From Actinomycetota bacterium (GTDB taxonomy: Bacteria; Actinomycetota; Actinomycetes; S36-B12; UBA5976), in NCBI GenBank assembly GCA_009702945.1, contig WLGZ01000001.1, forward strand, positions 1-24,825: a stretch of 24,825 nucleotides of DNA. The letters are read 5' to 3'. Under the pieces are notes generated by a model. It made no database searches. It was given only the letters and a program-made list of their open reading frames with translations, and was not told where the DNA came from. The translations under genes were made by a program, and so were the position numbers. Positions 1 to 7,649 of the stretch are shown here, in pieces. The stretch's first letter is position 1. Each line of letters opens with the position of its first letter.

Positions 1-5
1 GACAA

Positions 6-11
6 CACCTC
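6..11 (-). promoter_or_regulatory. Shine-Dalgarno-like GAGGTG for the next minus-strand gene, starting just outside the window (prfA expected by synteny)
   Basis: Plus-strand cacctc at 6-11, 10 nt past the rpmE stop. prfA usually follows rpmE in Actinobacteria, but its coding sequence is not in the window. Confidence 0.35.
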
Positions 12-21
12 ATTTAGAAAG

Positions 22-231
22 CTAGGACTGCTTACCGAAGCGCTTCTCGAACTTGGCAACGCGGCCACCGGTATCAAGAATCTTTTGCTTGCCGGTGTAG
101 AACGGGTGGCAAGCGCTGCAAACGTCAGCGTGGATAACACCATTCTTTTGGGTGCTACGAGTTGTGAATGTATTTCCGCAACCACATGTAACTGTGGTGT
201 CTACGTACTCTGGATGAATGCCAGTCTGCAC
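22..231 (-). CDS. rpmE: 50S ribosomal protein L31, zinc-binding (C+) type A
   Basis: [37 protein letters not shown] motifs; four Cys (CxC...CxxC); GTG start with AAGGAG SD. Confidence 0.98.
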   Translation of the reverse strand: MQTGIHPEYVDTTVTCGCGNTFTTRSTQKNGVIHADVCSACHPFYTGKQKILDTGGRVAKFEKRFGKQS

Positions 232-254
232 GGATTTCTCCTTATTAATACTGT

Positions 255-293
255 GATCGGGTCGTGGGCTCGGATGCCTTACGTGAACCGACC
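255..293 (-). ncRNA. Structured rpmE 5' leader hairpin, candidate L31 ribosomal leader (actinobacterial type)
   Basis: mRNA GGUCGG-UUCA-CGU-AA-GGC-AUCCGA-GCC-C-ACG-AC-CCGAUC folds by eye into a three-helix stem-loop starting at the predicted TSS. L31 leader candidates have been described upstream of actinobacterial rpmE. No covariance model was run. Confidence 0.5.
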
Positions 294-302
294 AACCCCT
301 TG

Positions 303-331
303 ATTCTGCCAGTTTTCGGGGATTCCCACAA
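303..331 (-). promoter_or_regulatory. Putative sigmaA promoter of rpmE (TTGTGG-17 bp-CAGAAT with TG extension)
   Basis: -35 at 331-326, -10 at 308-303, exact 17-bp spacer, TGG immediately upstream of the -10. Confidence 0.45.
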
Positions 332-377
332 AACGCCTAGGTAATGGCTCAAGTTCAAGGAATCCAACCCGTGGGAA

Positions 378-383
378 TAGCCT
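378..383 (+). promoter_or_regulatory. -10 element TAGCCT of a probable leaderless kynU transcript
   Basis: TAnnnT 7 nt upstream of the ATG at 391; no SD. Confidence 0.55.
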
Positions 384-390
384 AAGTTTC

Positions 391-1674
391 ATGTTTACCC
401 AGCAAGATGCCCTCGACCTAGATGCCAAGGATCCACTGGCAAAGTACCGAGATCTGTTTGTTTTCACCGATCCCGAAGTTTGTTACTTGGATGGCAATTC
501 GCTGGGCCGACTACCTAAATCAACTGTGGAAACCATTAACAAGTTTCTCATCGAAGGCTGGGGAACCAAGATCGTCGATGGTTGGGGCGAGTGGATCGAT
601 AAAGCAGAAACTACTGGCGACTTAATTGGCCGAGCAGCACTTGGTGCGGCCGCTGGGCAAACGTTAGCAATGGACACCACGAGCGTTAACTTTTATCGTC
701 TGGTTCGGGCTGCAATTTCAGCGCGACCTGGACGAAAAACGATTATTACAGATGAGGCCAACTTCCCTACTGATCGATACATCATGCAAGGAATTGCTGA
801 TGAGCTTGGCTTAAATCTTGTGGTGATTCCAAATGACTTGCAAGAACATTCCGCTGGAGAAACCTTTAGCGATGAATTGGTTACGCCAGAGATTCTCAAG
901 CCTTACTTAAATGATGACGTCGCTCTCGTCACGATTTCAGTGGTTGCCTACCGTTCCGGTGCACTTCATAACATCAAGGAACTAACTGATCTAGTACGTG
1001 CCAGTGGTGCCTTAATGGTTTGGGATGCCAGCCATGCCGTAGGCGCAGTCGATATGCAGTTTGATCGCGACGGCGTAGACCTAGCTGTTGGTTGCACATA
1101 TAAGTATGGAAACTCTGGACCGGGCTCCCCTGCTTGGCTGTATGCGAGCAAGAGAATTCAGTCAGAGTTGCAAATGCCGATTCAAGGTTGGTTTGCGCAA
1201 CGTAATCAATTCTTAATGGGATCTAAGTTCGATCAAATAGAAGGTATGCGCGGATTCCAAATTGCAAGCCCTTCAATTATTGGCTTGCTCTGTATCGATG
1301 AAGGTTTTGGCATGATCGAAGACGCAACGATTGCTCAGATCAATGCCAAAGCCTCAAAGGGCACTGACATGATGATCGAACTATTTGATCAGTGGTTAGT
1401 TCCGCTTGGATTTGAACTAGTTACTCCACGGGATTCAAAACTTCGTGGTGGACACATCAGTATCTATCACCCAGATGCTGCGCAAATCGCTCGAGGCTTA
1501 CGCGATGACATGAAAGTGATCCCAGATTACCGAGCCCCAAATAGCATTCGCGTTGCGATTTCACCACTTCCAACCTCTTATGTTGAAGTTTTCGATGGCT
1601 TTGAGCGGATTCGGGACTACACCAAATCTGGAAAATACAAAGACTTGGACCTCAGCAGTGTCAAAGTTTCCTAA
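391..1674 (+). CDS. kynU: Kynureninase (PLP, class V aminotransferase fold)
   Basis: YLDGNSLG, DASHAVG, GCTYKYGNSGPG (PLP lysine), GWFAQ, RGGHISI, DYRAPNSIR motifs typical of bacterial kynureninase. Confidence 0.92.
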   Translation: MFTQQDALDLDAKDPLAKYRDLFVFTDPEVCYLDGNSLGRLPKSTVETINKFLIEGWGTKIVDGWGEWIDKAETTGDLIGRAALGAAAGQTLAMDTTSVNFYRLVRAAISARPGRKTIITDEANFPTDRYIMQGIADELGLNLVVIPNDLQEHSAGETFSDELVTPEILKPYLNDDVALVTISVVAYRSGALHNIKELTDLVRASGALMVWDASHAVGAVDMQFDRDGVDLAVGCTYKYGNSGPGSPAWLYASKRIQSELQMPIQGWFAQRNQFLMGSKFDQIEGMRGFQIASPSIIGLLCIDEGFGMIEDATIAQINAKASKGTDMMIELFDQWLVPLGFELVTPRDSKLRGGHISIYHPDAAQIARGLRDDMKVIPDYRAPNSIRVAISPLPTSYVEVFDGFERIRDYTKSGKYKDLDLSSVKVS

Positions 1675-1684
1675 CTCTTAGGTC

Positions 1685-1690
1685 TACTCT
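1685..1690 (+). promoter_or_regulatory. -10 element TACTCT of a probable leaderless transcript
   Basis: TAnnnT 6 nt upstream of the ATG at 1697; no SD. Confidence 0.5.
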
Positions 1691-1696
1691 GTAAAT

Positions 1697-2293
1697 ATGA
1701 GTAACCAAATTGAAACTGCAATCACTGTTCAGCTAGATAATCGCGATCGTAAATCTGTTTTACTACGCATTTTCCTGGTCGTACCTATGGCAATCTTCAT
1801 TAGTGCCTTTACAGCTTGGTCGGGTTCTACCGAAGCCTCAACATTCCTTTCAGGTCTTTTGTTCCTGCCAGTGCTACTAGCGCTGGTATTCCGTGGCATC
1901 TATCCGTCTTACATCCTGGATTTCAATCGTTCACTTCTAGCTTTGTCTACTCGCGTTACTGCATACATTCTTTTGCTTAATGACAAATACCCGTCAATTG
2001 AAGAAAGTGCTGACGTAAAAATCACGTTCCCAGATGTTGAAGGTGGCGCAAAACTTAATCGCTATATGCCACTTGTTAAATGGCTGCTGGCCGTGCCGCT
2101 TTACTTAGTTGGCCTGGTCTACACGATTTACGGTATTGCAGTTTTGATCTTTACTTGGTTCACCATCTTGTTCACTGGAAAGATGCCAGCATTCAGCGGT
2201 GACGTTCTATTGGGAGTAACTAAATACTGGAACCGGGTTTATGGCTATGCATTCTTACTAGTTACAGATGAGTACCCAAGCTTTTCGCTCTAA
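1697..2293 (+). CDS. DUF4389-family membrane protein with two internal repeats
   Basis: Two hydrophobic halves, each ending in a similar motif (RVTAYILLLNDKYPS; RVYGYAFLLVTDEYPSF), plus LNRYMPLVKWLLAVP. Confidence 0.75.
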   Translation: MSNQIETAITVQLDNRDRKSVLLRIFLVVPMAIFISAFTAWSGSTEASTFLSGLLFLPVLLALVFRGIYPSYILDFNRSLLALSTRVTAYILLLNDKYPSIEESADVKITFPDVEGGAKLNRYMPLVKWLLAVPLYLVGLVYTIYGIAVLIFTWFTILFTGKMPAFSGDVLLGVTKYWNRVYGYAFLLVTDEYPSFSL

Positions 2294-2296
2294 CTA

Positions 2297-3091
2297 TTAA
2301 TAGCTCGGGTCTGCGGCCAAGGCTCTAAGTGCATTAGCAATCGTTTCGATCTTGGCTTGCATTGTTGTTAAGCCAAGTTCGAATGTGACGGCTGTCGCTT
2401 CAGGAAATGATGAGTTAACCCAAATCGTAAATGTTCCGGTGTAGGAGTTAGTTGGTGAGCCTGATTTTTCTCCGGGAATACATTCGGATTTGAATCCCGT
2501 TAATTGTGAAAGTCGGTCACTAATTGTTGCTGGTCGCTCAGGCGGGCAATCTATCTGTGCATAGGGCTGATGAAAAACCACGATTCGTTTTGGTTTTATG
2601 GTTTCAACGGCGTTCATTAAAGCTAACGTTTCAGGTTCACTTGCTGGACTCGGTCCGCTATAGGTTCTTGCCATTGGATCTGAAGCAACCCACTTAACTG
2701 GAAAGTTTCGATTCAGGTCAACGCCATTTGCATTGCGGCGGGTGACCAGTTCGGCGCCATCCGGATTGGCATCCCGAAGCACCCAGATTTCCGTATCGCT
2801 GGCAACAGATTGAGTCATGAGTTCATCAACTACGCGTTTGCCATCTGGTTCATCACCGTGGACTGTACCCACAACTAGCAAGGCATTATTTGAGTCGATT
2901 GCCGAGCCAATCAGTCTGCAAGCTGTAATGTCTACGCCATTGACGGATTTGCCAACAGAGATAGTTTCTTGGCAACCACCAGGTTTTATACCTTCAGGTT
3001 CCTGCCAAATTTGAAATGCCCAAACCCCAGCTACTACAGCGATAGTTAGCAATGCGCCTTCGATCAAGAACAACCAAAATTTCATGCGCAC
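2297..3091 (-). CDS. M14 zinc carboxypeptidase/amidase, MpaA-like, with an N-terminal membrane anchor
   Basis: HGDE (HxxE), NPDG, NANGVDLNRNFP, SEPET, FH (third Zn ligand), FELG (catalytic Glu); hydrophobic residues ~5-26. Confidence 0.8.
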   Translation of the reverse strand: MRMKFWLFLIEGALLTIAVVAGVWAFQIWQEPEGIKPGGCQETISVGKSVNGVDITACRLIGSAIDSNNALLVVGTVHGDEPDGKRVVDELMTQSVASDTEIWVLRDANPDGAELVTRRNANGVDLNRNFPVKWVASDPMARTYSGPSPASEPETLALMNAVETIKPKRIVVFHQPYAQIDCPPERPATISDRLSQLTGFKSECIPGEKSGSPTNSYTGTFTIWVNSSFPEATAVTFELGLTTMQAKIETIANALRALAADPSY

Positions 3092-3097
3092 GAGATG

Positions 3098-3103
3098 AAT
3101 CTA
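3098..3103 (-). promoter_or_regulatory. -10 element TAGATT of a probable leaderless transcript of the M14 peptidase gene
   Basis: TAnnnT 6 nt upstream of the GTG at 3091; no SD. Confidence 0.5.
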
Positions 3104-3114
3104 CCTGATTCAAT

Positions 3115-4452
3115 TCACCAGCCTGTGAAAGCCGCAATCATTTCATCAGTTACTAGGCCCGATTTAGCGTCTGCAATTGCTTGAGCAATGATCCGGATGC
3201 CTTGCTCGATTTCATTTACCCGCACCGTAAGCGGTGGCGTTACTTCCAATACATTTGCGCCAACGTAATAGACAACGACTCCAAGTTCCCAAGCGCGATA
3301 CACCGTTTTCCGAGCTAGATCATGGTTTCGATTATTAGTTTCACGATCGGTGACTAGGTCAATTCCGATGGCAAGGCCGTGTCCACGGACATCGCCAACT
3401 ACATCAGCAATATCAAATTCAGTTACAAGATCACTGAATAACTCTCGAAGTTTTTGCCCCGAATTTTTGGCAAGGCTTGCAAGGTCTTGCGAAATAATAA
3501 CCTCCAGCGCAGCAATTCCCGCAGCAACACAAATTGGGTTTCCAGCAGCAGTCATCAATGCCGAACCTGTTGGACCATCAAGAATTCTTGCTGGTCCAAC
3601 CGCTGCCGATAACGGCAAGCCGCCACCGAGCATCTTGCCAAAAGTCACAATGTCAGGCACGACGTCATCGAGAAGGAAAGCGTGCAGTAAGCCAGTTCGA
3701 CCAAGGCCCACTTTTACTTCATCGCAGATAAACAAAACGTCGTAAGTCTTACAAAGGGCTGCGACTCCTTTCATAAATCCAGGTGGTGGCACGATTAAGC
3801 CACCGTCAGATTGGATTGGCTCCATGATCAAGCAGGCAACATCGCCAGCCTCAAATTCGCTTTGGATTCGCTGCAATGAATCTGCAACAGAATCTGCGAT
3901 GCTTCCCAGATGTGGTCGGAAAGGATCAGGATAGGGAATAAATGTCGCACCATCTGCGGCAGTGGTATTTGTCCCAACGTGCACACCTGAAACCCCCATG
4001 GCAAATCCGACTCCACCGTGGTAACTGTTTTCAAAAGTGATTACACGAGACTTTCCGGTGTTGAACCTGCAGGATCTCAGCACAACATCGTTCGCATCAG
4101 AGCCAGTGTTTCCAATGTAAACCCGTCGATTTTCCTCACCAGGAACTATTGATAACAGAAGTTCTGCAAACTTCACCAAATCTGGGTGGATTGCTGAAAT
4201 GCCTCCAAAGCCTGGTGGATTTGTGGCGGCTTCAACTATGGCTTTGGTAACTGTCGGGTTCCCATAACCAAGTCCACCTGCCGTCCAGCTGCTGGAAAAG
4301 TCCAGAAGTTCGCGACCTCCCGGCTCGACCAAAACAGTGCCGTTACCAGACTCTGCAACCAGCGGGAAAAATCTTAACTTCTCAACTCCAGCAACACTGG
4401 CTGCGTCACGGGTAAGTAAGTCTTGAACCAACGGATGAATAGTTGAGGCCAT
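3115..4452 (-). CDS. Class III aminotransferase-fold PLP enzyme; alpha-amino-epsilon-caprolactam / amino-acid amide racemase homolog
   Basis: KLRFFPL, W56, SYHG (Y144), EPIQSDGGLIVPP (D216), CDEVKVGL (K247), FGKMLGGGLPLSA (PLP K273), YRAWELGVVVYYVG, C-terminal FTGW. These match the recalled Achromobacter obae ACL racemase. SD AGGGAG. Confidence 0.8.
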   Translation of the reverse strand: MASTIHPLVQDLLTRDAASVAGVEKLRFFPLVAESGNGTVLVEPGGRELLDFSSSWTAGGLGYGNPTVTKAIVEAATNPPGFGGISAIHPDLVKFAELLLSIVPGEENRRVYIGNTGSDANDVVLRSCRFNTGKSRVITFENSYHGGVGFAMGVSGVHVGTNTTAADGATFIPYPDPFRPHLGSIADSVADSLQRIQSEFEAGDVACLIMEPIQSDGGLIVPPPGFMKGVAALCKTYDVLFICDEVKVGLGRTGLLHAFLLDDVVPDIVTFGKMLGGGLPLSAAVGPARILDGPTGSALMTAAGNPICVAAGIAALEVIISQDLASLAKNSGQKLRELFSDLVTEFDIADVVGDVRGHGLAIGIDLVTDRETNNRNHDLARKTVYRAWELGVVVYYVGANVLEVTPPLTVRVNEIEQGIRIIAQAIADAKSGLVTDEMIAAFTGW

Positions 4453-4461
4453 AAGTACTCC

Positions 4462-5601
4462 CTAGTTAAGTTCGTAAGCGAGTTTGGCATTTGCATAACC
4501 GATGCTATCGGTTACGTGCTTTGCGTCGGCTAAACTCCAAAGTCCTTGGTCAACCCACTCTGCCAGAACTCTGCCGAAGCCATATCTAAACATTGCTGCA
4601 CCCATATACGTCAGCTCTGATAGACCCCAAGCATCTGAACTAAACAAAATTTTGTGAAAGGGTGCGAGTTCTAATGACTCAGCAATTATCGCTTCGCTGC
4701 GAGCACCGGTGTAGTTGATTGCTAATCCAACATCGAGATAGACATTTTCAAACATTTGGGCCAAGTAGCCTGCGTTGCGATGGAACGGGTATGTGTGCAA
4801 CAACATAACTGGAACTTTTCGCGACTCGGCATGCTTAATAAAATTTGTCATCAATAGCGGATCGCATAAATGTAGATACAAGTCTGGATCACCGTAACCA
4901 ATATGAAATTGGATCGGAAGATTAAGTTCTAGCCCAGCAAAAATAAGGTGCCTTAACAAGATTGGATCATCGATTCTGGCTGGTGCCCCAGAATCCACTT
5001 GTCGAAGCACTGGTTCGATTGCTTTCTGCACCTCTTGTTGACTTGGAGGACACGGTTCAAAATGTAATCCGTACCGATAAGCCACAATGCTTTTCAGGCC
5101 AACTGCACCTTTGGCGGCAATTGCAAGTTCACGCGCAAAATCACTTACAAAAGATTCGGAAGTTACCGTCCCGGAATCCAATAGTTTCTCGGCCGTGGTT
5201 TCGAGGCGAATGACTTTATCTACTTTGTGACCAGCTAACTTTGCCATTCCTTCTGGTCCATGAATTTCAGTGCCCCTAAAGCCAGTTTCGATTAACGAGT
5301 GGGTTACACCACACGCTGTTAGAAATCGACGATTGACTTCGGAGGCGCCGAGTTCAATGCGCCTAGCGAAATAACTTTGTGGATTGCAGTGAGCTGGCAA
5401 ATCAAGTAATGGAGCACACCATTTTCTGGTTGTAAAACCAACTTGACTATTCATGGCAATATCTAAAGTCTTTGGCTGCCGATCTGATTCAGTAATCATG
5501 TTTGAAAACTCATCTACGGTTGGGTTGTTTTCATAAACCCCATGTACGTGATGATCGACTAATCCAACGTGATTAACATAATCTTGAATTTCTGAACTCA
5601 T
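4462..5601 (-). CDS. Metal-dependent amidohydrolase, FluG/NodGS N-terminal-domain type (start refined to ATG 5601)
   Basis: DHHVHG, LKSIVAYRYGL, QFHIGYGDPDL, LLHTYPF, VYLDVG, KILFSSDA motifs. TAAGGT SD 5 nt before ATG 5601. Confidence 0.8.
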   Translation of the reverse strand: MSSEIQDYVNHVGLVDHHVHGVYENNPTVDEFSNMITESDRQPKTLDIAMNSQVGFTTRKWCAPLLDLPAHCNPQSYFARRIELGASEVNRRFLTACGVTHSLIETGFRGTEIHGPEGMAKLAGHKVDKVIRLETTAEKLLDSGTVTSESFVSDFARELAIAAKGAVGLKSIVAYRYGLHFEPCPPSQQEVQKAIEPVLRQVDSGAPARIDDPILLRHLIFAGLELNLPIQFHIGYGDPDLYLHLCDPLLMTNFIKHAESRKVPVMLLHTYPFHRNAGYLAQMFENVYLDVGLAINYTGARSEAIIAESLELAPFHKILFSSDAWGLSELTYMGAAMFRYGFGRVLAEWVDQGLWSLADAKHVTDSIGYANAKLAYELN

Positions 5602-5609
5602 CAAAGACC

Positions 5610-6902
5610 TTAATAAGCTTCGTTGTATCGAGCGCACTTTGCAGCACCATCAAGGCCAGCCAAAGTTTTTTCCTCGCTTGCTCGGATTCCCAAGTGGGTA
5701 TCAATTAGATCTTTTGCAAACCAGGTTTGCATAACACTGTTGGCGTTAAATGCTGCAATTGCCTCATTTAAGGTCGCAGGTAATTGTGGAACATCGACGT
5801 TATCCACGTGATCATCCACGATTTGATCAATTTTCAAATCTCGATCCAGGCCATCGGACATGGCATTGATGAGACAAGACATAACCAAATATGGGTTTGC
5901 AGTTGCGTCTGCAGCTCTATATTCAACATTGAAAATCTTGTTAGGGTCTGAGCCACTTGGAATTGGGCAAATACGAAGTAAGGCCTCACGATTTTGTCGC
6001 CCGATGCAAATTCCCCCAGCACTCCAGCGATGTGGAGTCAGGCGCAATGCAGAAATCTGACTTGGAGCAGTCCAAGCCAAAATTCCCTCAGCATGATCCA
6101 AAACTCCAGCAAAAGCCGACTCAGCGACACTCGATAGCCCAGCTTTTCCTTTCGGATCGTAAGTGAATGGCTTGCCATTTTTAGTCAAGGAGATATGAAC
6201 GTGCACCCCGTTACCGACTGCATCAGGGTGTGGAATTGGCACAAATGTTGCGTGCAGCTTATTCTCACGTGCCACATGTCTGATTAATTCTTTGAGAATT
6301 ACTGCGTGATCGCATGCAGTAAGGGCGCCTTGCGGTGTCATAGTTACTTCAAATTGACCTGCACCATATTCTGGAAGCCAGTTTTCCAATTCAATTCCCG
6401 CAGCAATGCAAGCATCCCAAACTTCACTACCGAATGGCTCCGATGCCAACATGGCATCGAGACCAAACGGTGATCCCGGGAGCGATGAGCCATCCTCTCG
6501 CTTTGTCACAAACTCATGTTCAAAAGATGCAACTACTTCTAATCCATGGTCGTTGCGAAGTCGTTCGATAGCAATCTTCAAGTTACTTCTTGGGCAGCAC
6601 TCCCAAGGCTTGCCGTCCATCGTGTACTGATCAGCTAAATAGATCTCTACGTCACGACCATATTCCTTACCCCGAAATACCGCTTTCGTTGTTAAATCCG
6701 GAATCAGTCTCAAGTCACCTAATGCGCCAAATGGGTTTGGATCAGCAAGGGCACCAAAGGCATTAAGTGCTAGATCTGCTGGGACCCATCCCACGCCTGA
6801 TGTTGGATTTAGTTCGGATTTAGGCAACGACCTGCCGCGCGTAATGGCAACTAAATCATTGACTGCAATGAATGCAAAAGGTTCGACGCTATCCGATTTC
6901 AT
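5610..6902 (-). CDS. Glutamine synthetase-like gamma-glutamyl-amine ligase (PA5508/PauA7-like), not a true GS
   Basis: GS catalytic motifs FEHEF, PEYGAGQFEV, NGVHVHISL, NREALLRI, EYRAADATANPY. Subfamily motifs ITRGRSLP, GWVPA, GDLRLIPD. The flap reads PHRWSA instead of PGYEAP. Confidence 0.85.
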   Translation of the reverse strand: MKSDSVEPFAFIAVNDLVAITRGRSLPKSELNPTSGVGWVPADLALNAFGALADPNPFGALGDLRLIPDLTTKAVFRGKEYGRDVEIYLADQYTMDGKPWECCPRSNLKIAIERLRNDHGLEVVASFEHEFVTKREDGSSLPGSPFGLDAMLASEPFGSEVWDACIAAGIELENWLPEYGAGQFEVTMTPQGALTACDHAVILKELIRHVARENKLHATFVPIPHPDAVGNGVHVHISLTKNGKPFTYDPKGKAGLSSVAESAFAGVLDHAEGILAWTAPSQISALRLTPHRWSAGGICIGRQNREALLRICPIPSGSDPNKIFNVEYRAADATANPYLVMSCLINAMSDGLDRDLKIDQIVDDHVDNVDVPQLPATLNEAIAAFNANSVMQTWFAKDLIDTHLGIRASEEKTLAGLDGAAKCARYNEAY

Positions 6903-7647
6903 GAGTTGTTACATCTCCTGTGTTTCTGTTTATTCTCAGTAGTGATCCGTTCTTAAGCTCATTAAAGTTGTTAGGGTTCGGCCTAACACCGGATGACCAG
7001 GCAGAAGTTACACCTTCAACTGATTGCCAAAACAGATCGTAATAATCTGGCTGCAATTCTGGACTCCGATTTTCAGGCTTATGTTGGCACACAATAACAA
7101 GTTCGGTTTCCGTCAGGATCATGGCGTTAATCGACGTGTAATGTATCGGCGCAAAATCCTTTACAAGTGCCTGATAAGCCGCGACTAAATCTCCGTCAGA
7201 TTTTCGCAACTGAGTTAGTAACGCAGCAAAGTACTGTTCGCTATCAGTATCGCCTTCTAGTTCGGCCAGGTAATCAGCATCGATTAATGCATTTAAGGAA
7301 TCACCTCTGGCAACTCCCCCATTGTGAATGAAAGCGATTTCTCCCATAGAGCTTTTCTTAACAAATGGATGGGTGTTTGGAATGCAAACCGCAAGTTCCT
7401 CGGTTGCCCACCGCAAATGTGCAATGGCATCAGTCGATTTCATTTGCGTAACAAGATCTGAATAAACCTTGGATTTATGAGCTGGGCTAGTGTCTCTCAC
7501 TAATTTGATTTCATCGGCTTCGCCATAGGCAATGCCCCAGCCATCGCGGTGGATCGTGCTTAGTTCTGTAAAGGCTGGAAGATCTGAACCAAGAGCCGCA
7601 TCAACACTCAATGGGTTGGTGCTATGCCAAGCAAACAATCGGCACAA
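6889..7647 (-). CDS. Class II (Ntn) glutamine amidotransferase-like protein, EgtC/YafJ-like; probable gamma-glutamyl hydrolase
   Basis: TTG start giving M-C-R-L-F (Cys2 nucleophile); HRDGWG, AHLRWAT, NTHPF, FIHNG, GDTDSE motifs. The 3' end overlaps the GS-like start by 14 bp. Confidence 0.82.
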   Translation of the reverse strand: MCRLFAWHSTNPLSVDAALGSDLPAFTELSTIHRDGWGIAYGEADEIKLVRDTSPAHKSKVYSDLVTQMKSTDAIAHLRWATEELAVCIPNTHPFVKKSSMGEIAFIHNGGVARGDSLNALIDADYLAELEGDTDSEQYFAALLTQLRKSDGDLVAAYQALVKDFAPIHYTSINAMILTETELVIVCQHKPENRSPELQPDYYDLFWQSVEGVTSAWSSGVRPNPNNFNELKNGSLLRINRNTGDVTTHEIG

Positions 7648-7649
7648 AG

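Noticed and set aside
85-467. Short ORFs 85-303 (+) and 279-467 (-)
   Set aside because: They overlap rpmE, its leader and the kynU start; no coding hallmarks.
5610-6902. Calling this gene glnA
   Set aside because: It lacks the ammonium-site flap Glu and the Asp50-type loop, and carries PA5508-subfamily motifs.
5610-7647. Ergothioneine biosynthesis (egtA/egtC-like pairing)
   Set aside because: The ligase is GS-fold rather than the mycobacterial EgtA glutamate-cysteine ligase type, and there is no egtB or egtD in the window.
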